Below, one piece after another: positions 1-44,778 of a DNA stretch of 47,367 bases. The notes under the pieces were generated by a model. That model saw only the letters and a program-made list of their open reading frames with translations. It searched no databases and was not told where the DNA came from. Made by a program: the position numbers and the translations under genes. This stretch comes from Octopus sinensis (lineage: Eukaryota): NCBI RefSeq assembly GCF_006345805.1, contig NW_021834552.1:1-47367 (forward strand). Direction: 5' to 3'. How positions within the stretch are numbered: the first letter of the stretch is position 1; every line of letters starts with the position of its first letter.

Positions 1-359
1 GAAGGGCTAAAAGGAGTCTTATCGAAAGTTACCTTCGTCGTGGAGTCCAGGAAATGTACTACGGTGACTGGAAGCTGGTTTTCTTCAAGGCAAAACTTTG
101 GTCTAATACACCAGCGAGTTCTCTTAACGTTGTGTCAGAACGTATTTTCCCATCTCCACAAATAAACTCAAATGGGATTTCTTCTAATGTTACGTTGAAG
201 TCCTGTTTGTAAGAAGTTGAAAAGGAAAACTAATAGAGGAGGGGGGAGGCAAAGACATGCTTCCTTATGGTTGTTGCAGCTACTTTTGTTTACGGTCGCT
301 GCTGCTGCTTTTCTTTTTATTGTTATCAGGGCGGTGGTTAGATATTCTTTACACTTGCA

Positions 360-402
<43 letters not shown>

Positions 403-1022
403 ATATAAATGCGTCTGTGCGTGTATGTATATACATACATACATACATATATATGTATACATATATAAATAGGGAGAATTTACGAAAAAAACAAAAGACA
501 AAGACAGGTGGTGTACAAAACAAACAGCTGTATTAGTATAACGCTCAGGAATAGAAAAAGTATTTTATATTTCGAGCCTACGCTCTTCTACAGAAAGGGA
601 CACAGAAAAAAACAAGGAGGGAAACAAGGAGAGAAAAAAAATGTGTGTAGTGGCTAACGATCTATCATGGCGTCTATCATGGCGTATATGTATATGTGTG
701 TGTGTGTGTGTGTGTGTTTGTGTGTGGTGTATGTGTGTATGTGTGTCTGTATCTATATGTGTGCTCGTGTTCGTCCCCCATCACCCCCTTGACAACCGGT
801 GTTGGTGCGTTTATGCTCCCGTGTAATAGCGGTTCGGCAAAAGCGACTGATAGAATAAGTTGCAGGCTTAAAATTGAATTCCTGGGTGGGGTTCGATTTG
901 TTCGACTAAAAGGTGGTGCTCCAGCATGGGCTCAGTCAAATGACTGAAACAAGTAAAAGAATAAAAGAATATATATACATACACATACCCATACACATAT
1001 AAACAAAGTTTACTCTGAAATT

Positions 1023-1475
1023 CTAAATGTAGTGCAAAGTGGGCTAAATGTAGGGCGAATGTGGGTTAAATGTAGGGCAAAAGTGGGTTAAATGTAGGGC
1101 AAAGGTGGGGCAAAAGTGGGCTAAATGTAGAGCGAATGTGGGCTAAATGTAGGGCAAAAGTGGGTTAAATGTAGGGCAAAGGTAGGGCAAAAGTAGGCTA
1201 AATGTAGGGCGAATGTGGGCTAAATGTAGTGCAAAAGTGGGTTAAATGTAGGGCAAAAGTGGGCTAAATGTAGGGCGAATGTGGGCTAAATGAAGGGCGA
1301 ATGTGGGTTAAATGTAGGGCAAAAGTGGGCTAAATGTAGGGCAAATGTGGGCTAAATGTAGTGCAAAAGTGGGTTAAATGTAGGGCAAAAGTGGGCTAAA
1401 TGTAGGGCGAATGGGGGCTAAATGTAGGGCAAAGGTAGGGCAAAAGTGGGCTAAATGTAGGGCAAAAGTGGGCTT
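1023..1475. repeat. 22-bp minisatellite, about 20 copies
   Basis: Unit GTGGGCTAAATGTAGGGC(AAAA/GAAT). Confidence 0.92.
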
Positions 1476-1676
1476 TAATTGACGTGATATAGATCGTTTA
1501 ATTACATAACGCTTGTAAAATAACACTTCTTCCGCAACAAATGTATTATTCAGTGTTGCTTCTGTCCCAGGCGATGTATCTGTACTATTTTTCCCCTCAC
1601 CTCTTGTAGCTTCAACGGAAAACTTTAAGCATGGTGTAGTGGTTAAAGGTGCATCAGAAGGTAAACAGATGCGATA

Positions 1677-2082
1677 GGCGGCGAGCTGGCAGAATCGTTA
1701 GCGCGCTGGGCGAAATGCGTAGCGGTATTTCGTCTGCCGTTACGTTCTGAGTTCAAATCCCGCCGAGGTTGACTTTGCCTTACATCCTTTCGGGGTCGAT
1801 AAATTAAGTACCAGTTACGCGCTGGGGTCGATGTAATCGACTTAATACCTATGTCTGTCCTTGTTTGTCCCCTCTGTGTTTAGCCCCTTGTGGGTAATAA
1901 AGAAATAGGTATTTCGTCTGCCGTTAAGTTCTGAGTTCAAATTCCGCCGAGATCGACTTTGCCTTACATTCTTTCGGGGTCGATAAATTAAGTATCAGTT
2001 ACGCACTGGGGGTCGATATAATCGACTTAATCCATTTGTCTGTCCTCTATGTGTTTAGCTCCTTGTGGGTAGTAAAGAAATA
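1677..2082 (+). mobile_element. tRNA-derived SINE family B, dimer
   Basis: Head GGCGGCGAGCTGGCAGAATCGTTAG, B box GAGTTCAAAT(T/C)CC, body GACTTTGCCTT(T/A)CATCCTTTCGGGGTCGATAAATTAAGTACCAG; second unit starts at GGTATTTCGTCTG. Confidence 0.85.
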
Positions 2083-2263
2083 GGTATACGTGTCTGTGGA
2101 GTGCTAAGCCACTTACACTTTAATTTCGTGAGCAGGCTGTTCCATTTATCAGATCAACAGAAAGAAGAAAAAAAGGGAAGAACCCACAATAAAGACAGCG
2201 GGAAGGAGGGAGGGAAGAGTTTTAGAGGAAGACAAAGTGCATTGTAATGTCTCTTTTTCTTAA

Positions 2264-2355
2264 CGTTTTCAATGAGGTTTTTTATCAATGTTTTCGATGA
2301 GATCTTTTATCAATGTTTTCGATGAGGTCTTTTATCAATGTTTTCGATGAGGTCA
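2264..2355. repeat. 25-bp tandem repeat, about 3.6 copies
   Basis: TGTTTTCGATGAGGTCTTTTATCAA. Confidence 0.85.
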
Positions 2356-2623
2356 TCAGTTGAAGACTGGAAAACACATACATACTATAAATATACTCGA
2401 AAATGTTCATAGTGATATGAGCTTGTGATATAGCATGGAAGAAATTATGTAAGCTTGTGTTTATAGCACGGAAGAATAACAATGTGTAAACAATATCCAC
2501 CTCTGACCCCAAACTCCAATTGAACTAAACACAGTTTAGTGTTGTGAGTGTGAATTAAGTCGTGTTTATAATAGAGTGTGGGGGTGATGGGGATAATGGT
2601 GTTAGCAACACTGGTGTAGCTGC

Positions 2624-2654
<31 letters not shown>

Positions 2655-2672
2655 GGTGGTGGTGGTGGTGGT

Positions 2673-3097
2673 GTTGAGCAACAAGATGGGTAAGGGTGAT
2701 TAGGTGATGGTCTAGGGCTTAGGGGCGGGAAACCCCAGATCTTGGAAAAAAAAAACTTTGGTCGTCTTGTTGTAGTCGAGGGGCTCTTCGTTGACGTCCG
2801 ACACCACTGGGAGGTGGCCCTCGAAGTCGCTGGAAATGGAGATCTCCAGGTTCAAATTCTTGAACGGCTGCTGATGGTGATGATGATGATGGTGTTGTTG
2901 TTGTTAAGCAACAAGATGGGTAATGGTGTTTAGGTGATGGTCTAGGGCTTAGGGGCGGGAGACCCCAGACCTTGGAAAAAAAAAGCTTTAGTCGTCTTGT
3001 TGTAGTCGAGGGCTCTTCGTTGACGCCCGACACCACTGGGAGGTGGCCCTCGAAGTCGCTGGAAATGGAGACCTCCAGGTTCAAATTCTTGAACGGC
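2673..3097. repeat. Direct duplication of about 195 bp (period about 230)
   Basis: 2673-2868 and 2903-3097 are nearly identical, separated by (GAT/GTT)n. Confidence 0.88.
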
Positions 3098-3371
3098 CAG
3101 GTGTAGCTGCTGTTGAGGATGGTGTTTGAGTATTATTTCTCAAGGTGTCTCTCCCATTTGTTCATATCTACCAGTTTTTTTTTTGTGCGTTAGTATGTTT
3201 TATCTCTTTACTTTGGTAAGGATGATCCCAAGTGGGGTGGGGTATATGTCAAGGACCACAGCCCCCCTGTCTTTTTTGTTGTTTGGTGGCTTTCATTTGT
3301 TTATGTGGTGTCTTTCGTGGAAGGTGTTTGTTTTGTTGTTGTTGTTGTTGTTGTTTCAGCTCTTGGTGGAA

Positions 3372-3755
3372 TGGAAGCACTCCGTCGGTTACGACGACGA
3401 GGGTTCCGGTTGATCCGAATCAACGGAACAAGCTGCTCGTGAAATTAACGTGTAAGTGGCTGAGCACTCCACAGACACGTGTACCCTTAACGTAGTTCTC
3501 GGGGATATTCAGCGTGACACAGAGAGTGACAAGGCCGGCCCTTTGAAATACAGGTACAACAGAAACAGGAAGTAAGAGTGAGAGAAAGTTGTGGTGAAAG
3601 AGTAGAGCAGGGATCACCACCACCCCCTGCTGGAGCCTCGTGGAGCTTTAGGTGCTTTCGCTTAATAAACACTCACAACGCCCGGTCTGGGAATCGAAAC
3701 CGCGATCCTATGACCGCGAGTCTGCTGCCCTAACCACTAGGCCATTGCGCCTCCA
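3372..3755 (-). mobile_element. tRNA-derived SINE family C
   Basis: Minus-strand head TGGAGGCGCAATGGCC(T/C)AGTGG...GGTTTCGATTCCC; the same element lies at 11575-11958 and 29249-29631. Confidence 0.85.
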
Positions 3756-4709
3756 CTCAGCTCTTGGTATTGTTACTATAATTGCTGTTTCCAGTCCCGT
3801 AGCAAATGCTGTAATCATTGATGCTACTGCTGCATACTATTGCGGTTGCTGCTGTATTTTGCTGGTGTTGAAATTGTGGCGTTGACAGTGCTGGAAGCCT
3901 CCTTTAAGCCGTCAGTGTTTGTTGTTGTTGTTCTTGAAGATCTTGAGGTGATTGGAGTTTCTAAAGATGCAGCATCGCAGTTTTCTGCCTACCACAACCG
4001 CTTGTAGTCACTCCCCTCTAAAGATCCCTATTAGGTTGGGAATTTTTCCCGTCTCTCAGATCTCACATGAATCAAAATCTCCAGCCCTATCCAGACCCAA
4101 TTCTTTTTCTGAAATCTTTTAATTTCGGAAAGTGTAATGGGGATCTTCCAACACCAAATTTCTCCACTCACTAGAAATCTACTACTGGTGGTATGCTTAA
4201 TTTTTACACGGTTCACACTCTATCCCAGGTAAATTGGTATTAACGTAAAATCTTTTGATATTTGTGAAACGGTGGAGTGCTTCTGTGCCAGGGTTTCTGA
4301 CTGTAAAATATCTTGAAAATACTCGAATTTATGGAAAGCAAGGCAAACAGCTGGAAAATGAAAGCGAGACGAACAAATAGAAAATGAAAGCGAAACACAC
4401 AAGTGGAAACTGCTAAGGAGACCAGCAAGCGGAAAATGAAAGTGATACTAAGAACCGAAACATGAAAGTGATGGAAAGAACTTGAAAATGAAAGTGAGAC
4501 AAACTCCTGGAAAACAAAGCAATGGGAGCAACTAAAAATGAAAGAGATGCAAACAATTGGAAAGTGGAAGCGTTGGGAACAATTGAAAAATGTAAGTGAA
4601 ACGAATAATTGGAAAATGAAAGCGATGGAAAGAACAGAAGATGAATGCAAGGGAAATAACCGAAAAATGAAAGCGGGAGAAACACATCCGAGGATATACA
4701 AATGTCTTA

Positions 4710-5630
4710 CGGCGAGCTGGCAGACACGTTAGAGCGCCGGGCGAAATGCTGAACGGTATTTCGTCTGTCGTTACGTTCTGAGTTCAAATTCCGCCGAGGT
4801 CGACTTTGCCTTTCATCCTTTCGGGGTCGATAACTAAAGAACCAGTTTCGCACTGGGGTCGATGTAATCGACTTAATCCCTTTGTCTGTCCCCTCTATGT
4901 TCAGTCGTAGAATAGGCAATAAAGAAATACATATGATTGTACGCACACACACACACACACACACATACACACATTTTACTTCCCTCCTTCCTTCTATGCT
5001 GCTATCTGTCACGCTCTTTTGCCTTCCCCCTCTCTCTCTCTCTCTCTCGTTCTTTAGCTTTCTCTCTCTCCCTCGTTCTTTCTTTCTTTCCTTCCATACT
5101 GCTGTCTGTTACGTTCTCTTGCCTTCCCTCTGTGTGTGTGTCTCCTGCCCTCTACCATTTGCCTTTTACTACCGATGTGACCTGTAGTCGTCTCTTTTCG
5201 CGACTAACTCTCCCACCAAGCAGTCGCATTTTCTCGGCTCCCGCTCCTTTCCCCTGTCTCTCTGGTCGATAAATTAAGTACCAGTTGCGTACTGGGGTCG
5301 ATATAATCGACTTAATCCCTTTGTCTGTCCTTGTTTGTCCCCTCTATGTTTAGCCCCTTGTGGGTAATAAAGAAACGTATATATACGCGAGGTTGACTTT
5401 GCCTTTCATCCTTTCGGAGTCGATTATATAAGTACCAATTACGCACTGGGATCGATGTAATCGACTTAATCCGTTTGTCTGTCCTTGTTTGTCCTCTCTG
5501 TGTTTAGCCCCTTGTGGGTAGTAAAGAAATAGGTACTTAATTTATCAACCCCGAAAGGATGAAAGGCAAAGTCGACCTCGGCGTAATTTGAACTCAGAAC
5601 GTAACGGCAGACGAAATACGGCTACGCATC
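4710..5630. mobile_element. Cluster of SINE family B copies and fragments (4710-4929 +, 5263-5535 +, 5536-5630 -)
   Basis: Family B body motifs. Confidence 0.75.
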
Positions 5631-7384
5631 AGGATATTCTTCCAGCGTTGGCTATCATCGTTTCTTGTCTGGCCCTAAAGCCTTATTTTATTCGTTCATT
5701 TATTTCAGTTCGATTGTATGCCCACAGTCCCGTTCGTTTTCTTCTCTGTCCCTCCTACATCCTTTACCTCGTTTTGGAGTACATTTATTCCTCGTTTGTA
5801 TTCTTGGTTTGACATTTTCTGTCTTGTTTCTCATTTTGACTCACCAATTCCCGGCGACGGGTGCAGTCGGCGACACTAGTAGGGAATTCAGTGTCATCGG
5901 TTAGGTGCGAAATTGTGATTGATCCGCTAGTCTTATATCTGATGAGGTGTTGGTGTCCATCAATGTCTATTTCCCGTTTGTTTGTTTAATTATTATATGC
6001 TTTGAACTCATTTTTTAAGGCAACGCTACTTGTAGCAAAAAAAAAATTTCTTTATTTATACACACACGTGTGTGTGTACATACAGAAATATATATATGAG
6101 CGCGTGTTTGTCATTTAAACGGACATTACATTGTAGTTGATTACTATATGTAGACTCATAGCCTATAACCGAATCGGGTGTTTACTTTGCCTTTCATCCT
6201 TTCGGGATCGATAAATTAAGTACTAGTTGCGTACTGGGATCGATCTAATCGACTTAATCCCTTTGTCTGTCCTTGTTTGTCCCTTCTGTGTGTAGCCCCC
6301 TGTGGGCAGTAAAGAAATAAGAATATCCTGATGATTCAACAGAGAGACAGGGAAAAGGAAATAGAGCGGGAGCCGAGAAAATGTGACCGCTCGGTGGGAG
6401 AGTTAGTCGCGAAAAGAGACGACTGCAGGTCACGTCTGAATCCATATTTTATACTACTCGTTTACTCTTTTAGATCTTTAGATTCAACTCAACTCACTAG
6501 CCTCCTGATCGCTTAAAGCGGCTTTAATCACAATGATGGAGTAACTACATATTGATAAATCACTGAAATATATGCCTATTCTACGACGGCTTCAGAGACA
6601 GCGCTGCTCAACCAAATGATATACGATTGTTCCTGCTACAACTAGCTACGACGCTAATGTACACTCAACACAGAAAGCCTACTATCTTCGCCGCCTCCAC
6701 CATCAGGTACTTTTCCATGCCAGCCGCACACACACACACACGAACACACAGACACAAACACGTGTTGCCTGCGCACGTACGTGCTAACGTTTACAAACTC
6801 CCAACATCAACACGATTGTAAAATAAATAATGTTTATATCTCAAACAGAAGACTTGTTGTCAATCCACTTATGTTCTATTGTTACTGCATGTATTTATGG
6901 CTTGTAATAAATCATTAAGAATGGGACCGCGTGCGATTGTATTCCCTACACAATACGACCGCATGTGATCCTATTGCTTACAACAGGAAGAATATGTAGC
7001 GTACACTCTCCCCTTTATTATATATAGGTACATACCAACGTAGCGGATAACAGCTAGCCTATGGCCGCTATTTGGAACCCGCTGTGTCCACTACTCTGAT
7101 TGGTTGGTACTGGCGCAATTTGTCTCTTACTCTGTCGCTCCAATCTGCAGCGTATAACCAGTCGGAGCTCTAAATAAGATCACGTGGGACAGCCTGTTCT
7201 TAACTCAGTTTGAGCTTACAGCTACTTACAAAAACCCAGCTACTCCTTGTCTCGAAGTCTTTGGTTCTAGACCTTTTAGGGTCTAGCCACTGACCACATG
7301 AGACAACGCCAGACGACAACACCTGTCCAACAGCAACACGCCCAGGTTTCAACTCAGCACTGTTCGTGAATTACCTGTCTACAT

Positions 7385-7700
7385 CTCTATCCTGATGACG
7401 AACGACTTGACAAAACTGTCATGCACCCTTCCTACGGTCCAGACCTTGCTCTCTGTGGCTTTTGGTTGTTATCCAAGATGAAGGAAAACCTCTGGGTCAG
7501 TCGTTTTAAAGACATTGAGTTCTTGGACACCTTCACTTTGAAGAATTTACATGAGACTTTCACAGAAGAGCTGGCATGCAGCAAAAGGAGCGTTGAAGTC
7601 ATTATCTGCTACTTTGAAGGAGATTGGAGTTTTGTAATTCTTTGGAATTAATAAACGCCACCCTTGAAAAAGTCTCAAAACTTCTGGAAGGCACCTCATG
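7385..7700 (+). mobile_element. Decayed mariner transposase 3' fragment with right TIR
   Basis: HPSYGPDLALCGFWL approximates HPPYSPDLAPCDFWL; ...YFEGD C-terminus; TIR-like end followed by TA. Confidence 0.8.
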
Positions 7701-7865
7701 TATGTATGAGTGTGTTTGTGTATGTACATATGCATGTATGTATGTATGTATGTATGCATGTATGTATGATGTAAACACTTTTGTAAACTTAATTGTGGGA
7801 ACATCACTACTTGATCAGGCAAATACAGAATTAAATTATAAAGTTTAATAAATATTTAATAAATA

Positions 7866-8283
7866 GGCGCAGGAGTGGCTGTGTGGTAAGTAGCTTGCTT
7901 ACCAACCACATGGTTCCAGGTTCAGTCCCACTGCGTGGCACCTTGGGCAAGTGTCTTCTACTATAGCCTCAGGCTGACCAAAGCCTTGTGAGTGGATTTG
8001 GTAGACGGAAACTGAAAAGAAGCCTGTCGTATATATGTATATATATATGCATGTGTGTTTGTGTGTCTGTGTTTGTCCCCCTAGCATTGCTTGACAACCG
8101 ATGCTGGTATGTTTATGTCCCCGTCACTTAGCAGTTCGGCAAAAAGAGACCGATAGAATAGGTACTGGGCTTACAAAAAGAATAAGTCCCGGGGTCGAGT
8201 TGCTCGATTAAAGGCGGTGCTCCAGCATGGCCGCAGTCAAATGACTGAAACAAGTAAAAGAGTAAAAGAAAGAGTAAAGAGTA
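7866..8283 (+). mobile_element. tRNA-derived SINE family A, full-length
   Basis: Head GGCGCAGGAGTGGCTGTGTGG (A box) ... GGTTCAGTCCC (B box); central (TA)/(TG) tract; (AAAGAGT)n tail. Confidence 0.88.
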
Positions 8284-8290
8284 TTTAATC

Positions 8291-8329
8291 AGAAAAAGAC
8301 AATGGTACGAAGATAAAAGTAAATTTATT
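8291..8329 (-). terminator. Candidate poly(A) site of the P450
   Basis: Minus-strand AATAAA at 8329-8324, CA at 8304-8303, U-rich TTGTCTTTTTCT immediately downstream. A second AATAAA lies at 8423-8418. Confidence 0.55.
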
Positions 8330-8482
8330 TAATATAAATATCTGTATATACATATTATATTGACACAATAATCGAAAAATGCTTTGTATATTACATATGT
8401 TACATTTAATATTTCTGAATTTATTCACGAATTCAGAGATAACTTTACAGGTATGATTTGATTTTGATGTGCTTCGAACAAT

Positions 8483-40404
<31,922 letters not shown>

Positions 40405-40444
40405 CTAATAAATAGAAGATAAATAAATTCAGTAATAATAATAA

Positions 40445-41449
40445 TGTTACTCTTTTTACTCTTTTACTTGTTTCAGTCATTTGACTGCAGCCATGCTGGA
40501 GCACCGCCTTTAGTCGAGCAAATCGACCCCGGGACTTATTCTTTTGTAAGCCCAGTACTTATTCTATCGGTCTCTTTTGCCGAACCGCTAAATGACGGGG
40601 ACGTAAACACACCAGCATCGGTTGTCAAGCAATGCTAGGGGGACAAACACAGACACACAAACACACACACACACATATATATATACATATATACGACAGG
40701 CTTCTTTCAGTTTCCGTCTACCAAATCCACTCACAAGGCTTTGGTCGGCCTGGGGCTATTGCAGAAGACACTTGCCCAAGATGCCACGCAGTGGGACTGA
40801 ACCTGGAACCATGTGGTTGGTTAGCGAGCTACTTACCACACAGCCTCTCCTGCGCCTATGTATGCAGAAAGTGTATATCTGAACAGGTGTGGATGTATGA
40901 ATATATGTATGTTTCATTTTGCTTTTTGTACTATTTCCTGAGTATGGTTGTTGGAATGTATGTGGGAATTACATATGTAGACATGCATGGATGAATATCT
41001 GTTTGTACACATTTTTGCATATACATACTCTTTTCACTCTTTACTCTTTTACTTGTTTCAGTCATCTGACTGGGGCCATGCTGGAGCACCACCCTTTTTT
41101 TTAGTTGAGCAAATCGACCCCAAGACTCATTCTTTGTTATAAGACTAGTACTTATTCTATCGGTCTCTTTTTGCCGAACTGCTAAGTTACGGGGACGTAA
41201 ACACACCAGCATCGGTTGTCAAGCGATGTTGGGGGAACAAACACAGACACACTAACATATACACATACATAAATATATATATATACGACGGACTTCTTTC
41301 AGTTTCCGTCTACCAAATTCACTCACAAGACTTTGGTTGGCCCGAGGCTATAGTAGAAGACACTTGCCCAAGGTGCCACGCAGTGGGACTGAACCCGGAA
41401 CCATGTGGTTCATAAGTAAGCTACTTACCACATAGCCACTCCTATGCCT
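40445..41449 (-). mobile_element. Two SINE family A copies (about 40445-40858 and 41030-41449)
   Basis: Reverse complement of family A, just upstream of exon 2. Confidence 0.85.
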
Positions 41450-41571
41450 ATATACTTGTGTATATAAATGTAAAAATATCCTACTACACTGTATGTGGGT
41501 CAGACTTTCAGCCCAATGTACATCGATATAATTAGTAAAGATAGTGTGAATATTAGCAAGAATCGATATAA

Positions 41572-41999
41572 ACGTATCTGTCAAGACCTACCAAAAACTG
41601 AGCAAATATAAAGATCTTGAAATAGAAATCAGCAAAATGTGGAACCTGAAGACTAAAATAATACCTGTTGTCATAGGTGCCCTGGGAATGATAGCAAAAG
41701 GGGCTGATTGCTACCTAGCTCAGATACCAGGAAACCCCAAAATGGCAGAAATTCAAAAGATAACGCTCATGGGAACTGCTCAAAATCCTACGCAAAATAC
41801 TTTCTATGTAATCTCAAGTTTTAAAACAAACATAATTTTCTTATGGTTTTTTTAAACATTCACTAGCACAACACTGAGTACAAAACCAAATATATGGCAC
41901 CCTAGGCATACACCAACATGAACTTTCAACTTGTGGTTTCTTGAGGTCTCTGGGTTAGACTTGGCGCCAACTTGTACAAATGTAAAGTAAATGTCAAAC

Positions 42000-42031
<32 letters not shown>
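41572..42031 (+). mobile_element. 5'-truncated R4/Dong-like (RLE-type) non-LTR retrotransposon 3' end
   Basis: NVSVKTYQKLSKYKDLEIEISKMWNLKTKIIPVVIGALG...GTA/ILRKILSM* (one frameshift) resembles the C-terminal restriction-like endonuclease region; 3' UTR ends in (AAT)n. Confidence 0.75.
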
Positions 42032-42032
<1 letters not shown>

Positions 42033-42621
42033 TGATGATCGGCTTGGAATTTTGGGGTTGGGGACTAAAAATTGACATGTTATATGTATGTAATACTTTG
42101 AAAACAAAAGCGTGTTATATTTCATTTGAAATATAATATTTTTGTGTGTGCCGCCGAGGTTGACTTTGCCTTTCCTCCTTTCGGGGTCGATAAATTATGT
42201 ACCAGTTGCGTACTGGCGTCGATGTAATCGACTGCCCCCTCTCCCTAAAAGTTTCAGGCCTTGTGCCTAGAGTAGAAAAGAATATTTTAGTGTGAGAATG
42301 TGTGCGTGTGTGAAATAGAGAAAATATAATTTACGACAAAAATTTAGTTTCACTTTCAAGGAAAAAATCATAGATTTCAGAGTAAGACATCTCATTATCG
42401 TTCACTTGCATTTAACACCTCTCACTCACTCCCATTCCGTTTCCTGCAGATCTCAAACACAGCAGACAAAGAGGACAAATAAGTAGAGACGTTTTTATAA
42501 CAAGAGAGTGGAAACAATGAGACAAGCGTCACAGAAACAAAACAGGGTGACTCAAAACCATGTCGAATGTTTTATGGAAGTTATAAATCTTATAAACTAG
42601 AACAAATTTATATATATATAT

Positions 42622-43188
42622 AGGCGCAGGAGTGGCTGTGTGGTAAGTAGCTTGTTTACCAACCACATGGTTCTGGGTTCAGTCCCACTGCGTGGCACCT
42701 TGGGCAAGTGTCTTCTACTATAGCCTCGGGCCGACCAAAGCCTTGTGAGTGGATTTGGTAGACGGAAACTGAAAGAAGCCTGTCGTATATATGTATATAT
42801 ATATGTGTGTGTATGTGTGTGTGTTTGTGTGTCTGTGTTTGTCCCCCTAGCATTGCTTGGCAACCGATGTGTCTTTTACTATAGCCTCAGGCCGACCAAA
42901 GCCTTGTGAGTGGACGCTAACCGAAAGAAGCCCGTCGTATATATTTATATATATGTGTGTGTGTATTAGTGTATGTTTGTGTGTCTGTGTTTGTCCCCCC
43001 AACATCGCTTGACAACCGATGCTGGTGTGTTTACGTCCCCGTAACTTAGCGGTTCGGCAAAAGAGACCTATAGAATAAGTACTAAGCTTACAAAGAATAA
43101 GTCCTGGGTCGTTTTGCGCGACTAAAGGCGGTGCTCCAGCATGGCCACTGACAAGTGACTCATACAAGTAAAAGAGTAAAGAAAAGAG

Positions 43189-43190
<2 letters not shown>
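42622..43190 (+). mobile_element. SINE family A with internal duplication
   Basis: Central CTATAGCCTC...GTCCCCC segment is present twice. Confidence 0.82.
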
Positions 43191-43221
<31 letters not shown>

Positions 43222-43384
43222 ACAAAATTTAAAGGACTGACCACTAAAAGTGGACGGTCAACATGCTAGATATAGACGTCAAATCGCTATTTTCCACAAA
43301 GAATATGTTCTCAAATAGCGATTTTGACGTCTATATCTAGCATGTTGACCGGCCACTTCTAGTGGTCAGTCCTTTAAATTTTGT
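43222..43384. repeat. Inverted repeat, about 71-bp arms, 20-bp spacer; same family as 13770-13950
   Basis: ACAAAATTTAAAGGACTGACCACT... / ...AGTGGTCAGTCCTTTAAATTTTGT. Confidence 0.85.
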
Positions 43385-43504
43385 ATGTAAAAATATTTTA
43401 ATCTTCGGATTTTTTTAATATGCTGGGCCACTGGTTTTAATTGATTAATATCAATTTCTACCCTTATTAAACTTTAAATTATATATATATATATATATAT
43501 ATAT

Positions 43505-43710
43505 TACCTCGTGAAAACCAGTCGCGTTTTTTTTCCCTCCGTCCTCCCGCCTCGGGATCTTTCTTTCTCCTTGTTTCCGACGAAGAGCTCCGCTCGAAAC
43601 GTCATACCCTCCTTCTTCCCTTTTTCCTGAGCGCCTAATAATAATACTTTAATTGTTCCACCTCCTTGTGTTGTTGTCTTTTCTGTTTTCTCGTTTGGAT
43701 TAACCTTATA
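43505..43710 (+). mobile_element. Penelope-like pseudo-LTR remnant, second copy of the 28.4-kb family
   Basis: CCGACGAAGAGCTCCGCTCGAAACGTC at 43577-43603; surrounding sequence aligns by eye to 28357-28565. Confidence 0.55.
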
Positions 43711-44044
43711 TAGATATATATATATATATATATAATAATAATATAATATTAGGGAATAAATCCAAACTTACAGGGAAAAATTAGATTTAGGATTAAATCC
43801 AACTTTATAGTATAAATATTTATATTATATTAAATTAGAGATAAACCACTATTAGGCAAATCAAACAGTGAAAAACAAAGCCAATACATAAAATGAATTA
43901 AAAAATATAAAAGTGTTAAAAATTAAAAAAAGATTTATTTAAAAATTTAACTTATCAATTATTTAATATATAAATATATATATATACGTTTAAAATATTT
44001 GTTGTGCAAGATTTTTTATGTGAAGTCGTGGTGTTGAAACAGAT

Positions 44045-44229
44045 ATTGTTATATTTCGGAATGGTCATATTGCCAGTTTAGCCAATAAAGTTTAGCCAAT
44101 TTCTGGGCCGAAATAAGATTAAGATTAATGTAAAAAATAAATATCACTGAAGCAAAATAACACCAAATATATAGTGCGTGTGTTTTTATTGGCTAAAATG
44201 GCAATATGACCATTCCGAAAATAAACAAT
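44045..44229. repeat. Inverted repeat, about 45-bp arms, about 95-bp spacer
   Basis: TTTCGGAATGGTCATATTGCCA.TTTAGCCAATAAA / TTTATTGGCTAAA.TGGCAATATGACCATTCCGAAA. Confidence 0.8.
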
Positions 44230-44745
44230 ATATATATATATATGTGAGTATATCTTATATGTTATTTTATTTATTTATTATTTATTTTTTTTTTTTTTTT
44301 TAATAAATATCAAAAGTATTAAAAGATAATAAAGATAAAGAGTTTGATTTGCCTAATAGTGGTTTATCTCTAATATAATATAAAATATAATATATATATA
44401 TATTATATATATATATATTAAAACCCACGGCCCTCGGATTAGAAGTCCAGCACGCTGTCCCCTGCGCTATATATATATATATAGCCCTTATCACAGCTGC
44501 CGTCACTCTCTTTAATTAAACACTACTGTGATGCTATTTCTTTAATTCTTTCTCATTTTCTTTCTCCCCTATTTATCAATCTCTCATTCTCCTCACCTCT
44601 CTCTCTCTCTCTCTCTTTCTCTCCCTCTCTTACTCTCTCTCTCTCTCTCGCTATCAGTCTCTGATCTCTGTTTCTACGAATATGTAATTTTATTCACGTT
44701 AATTTTATGTTATGACCATATTAGGATACTCCATTCCAAGAGTGC

Positions 44746-44778
<33 letters not shown>

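Noticed and set aside
1-240. 50-56-codon open frames on both strands at the window start
   Set aside because: No recognisable motif, no convincing splice context.
5890-5960. GAAA...GTC...CTGATGAG word order suggesting a hammerhead
   Set aside because: The required stems do not pair.
6995-7340. Possible solo LTR with stem-loops (TTGTCTC/GAGACAA, CTAGACC/GGTCTAG) and partial hammerhead-like words
   Set aside because: No TG...CA boundary with a TSD could be fixed; stem III is missing and the core is CTGACCA.
42300-42600. Candidate exon 1 / TATA region on the minus strand
   Set aside because: ATG frames either stop early or lack a hydrophobic anchor. The only phase-2 GT option encodes MSYSEIYDFFLESETKFL, which is not a membrane anchor.
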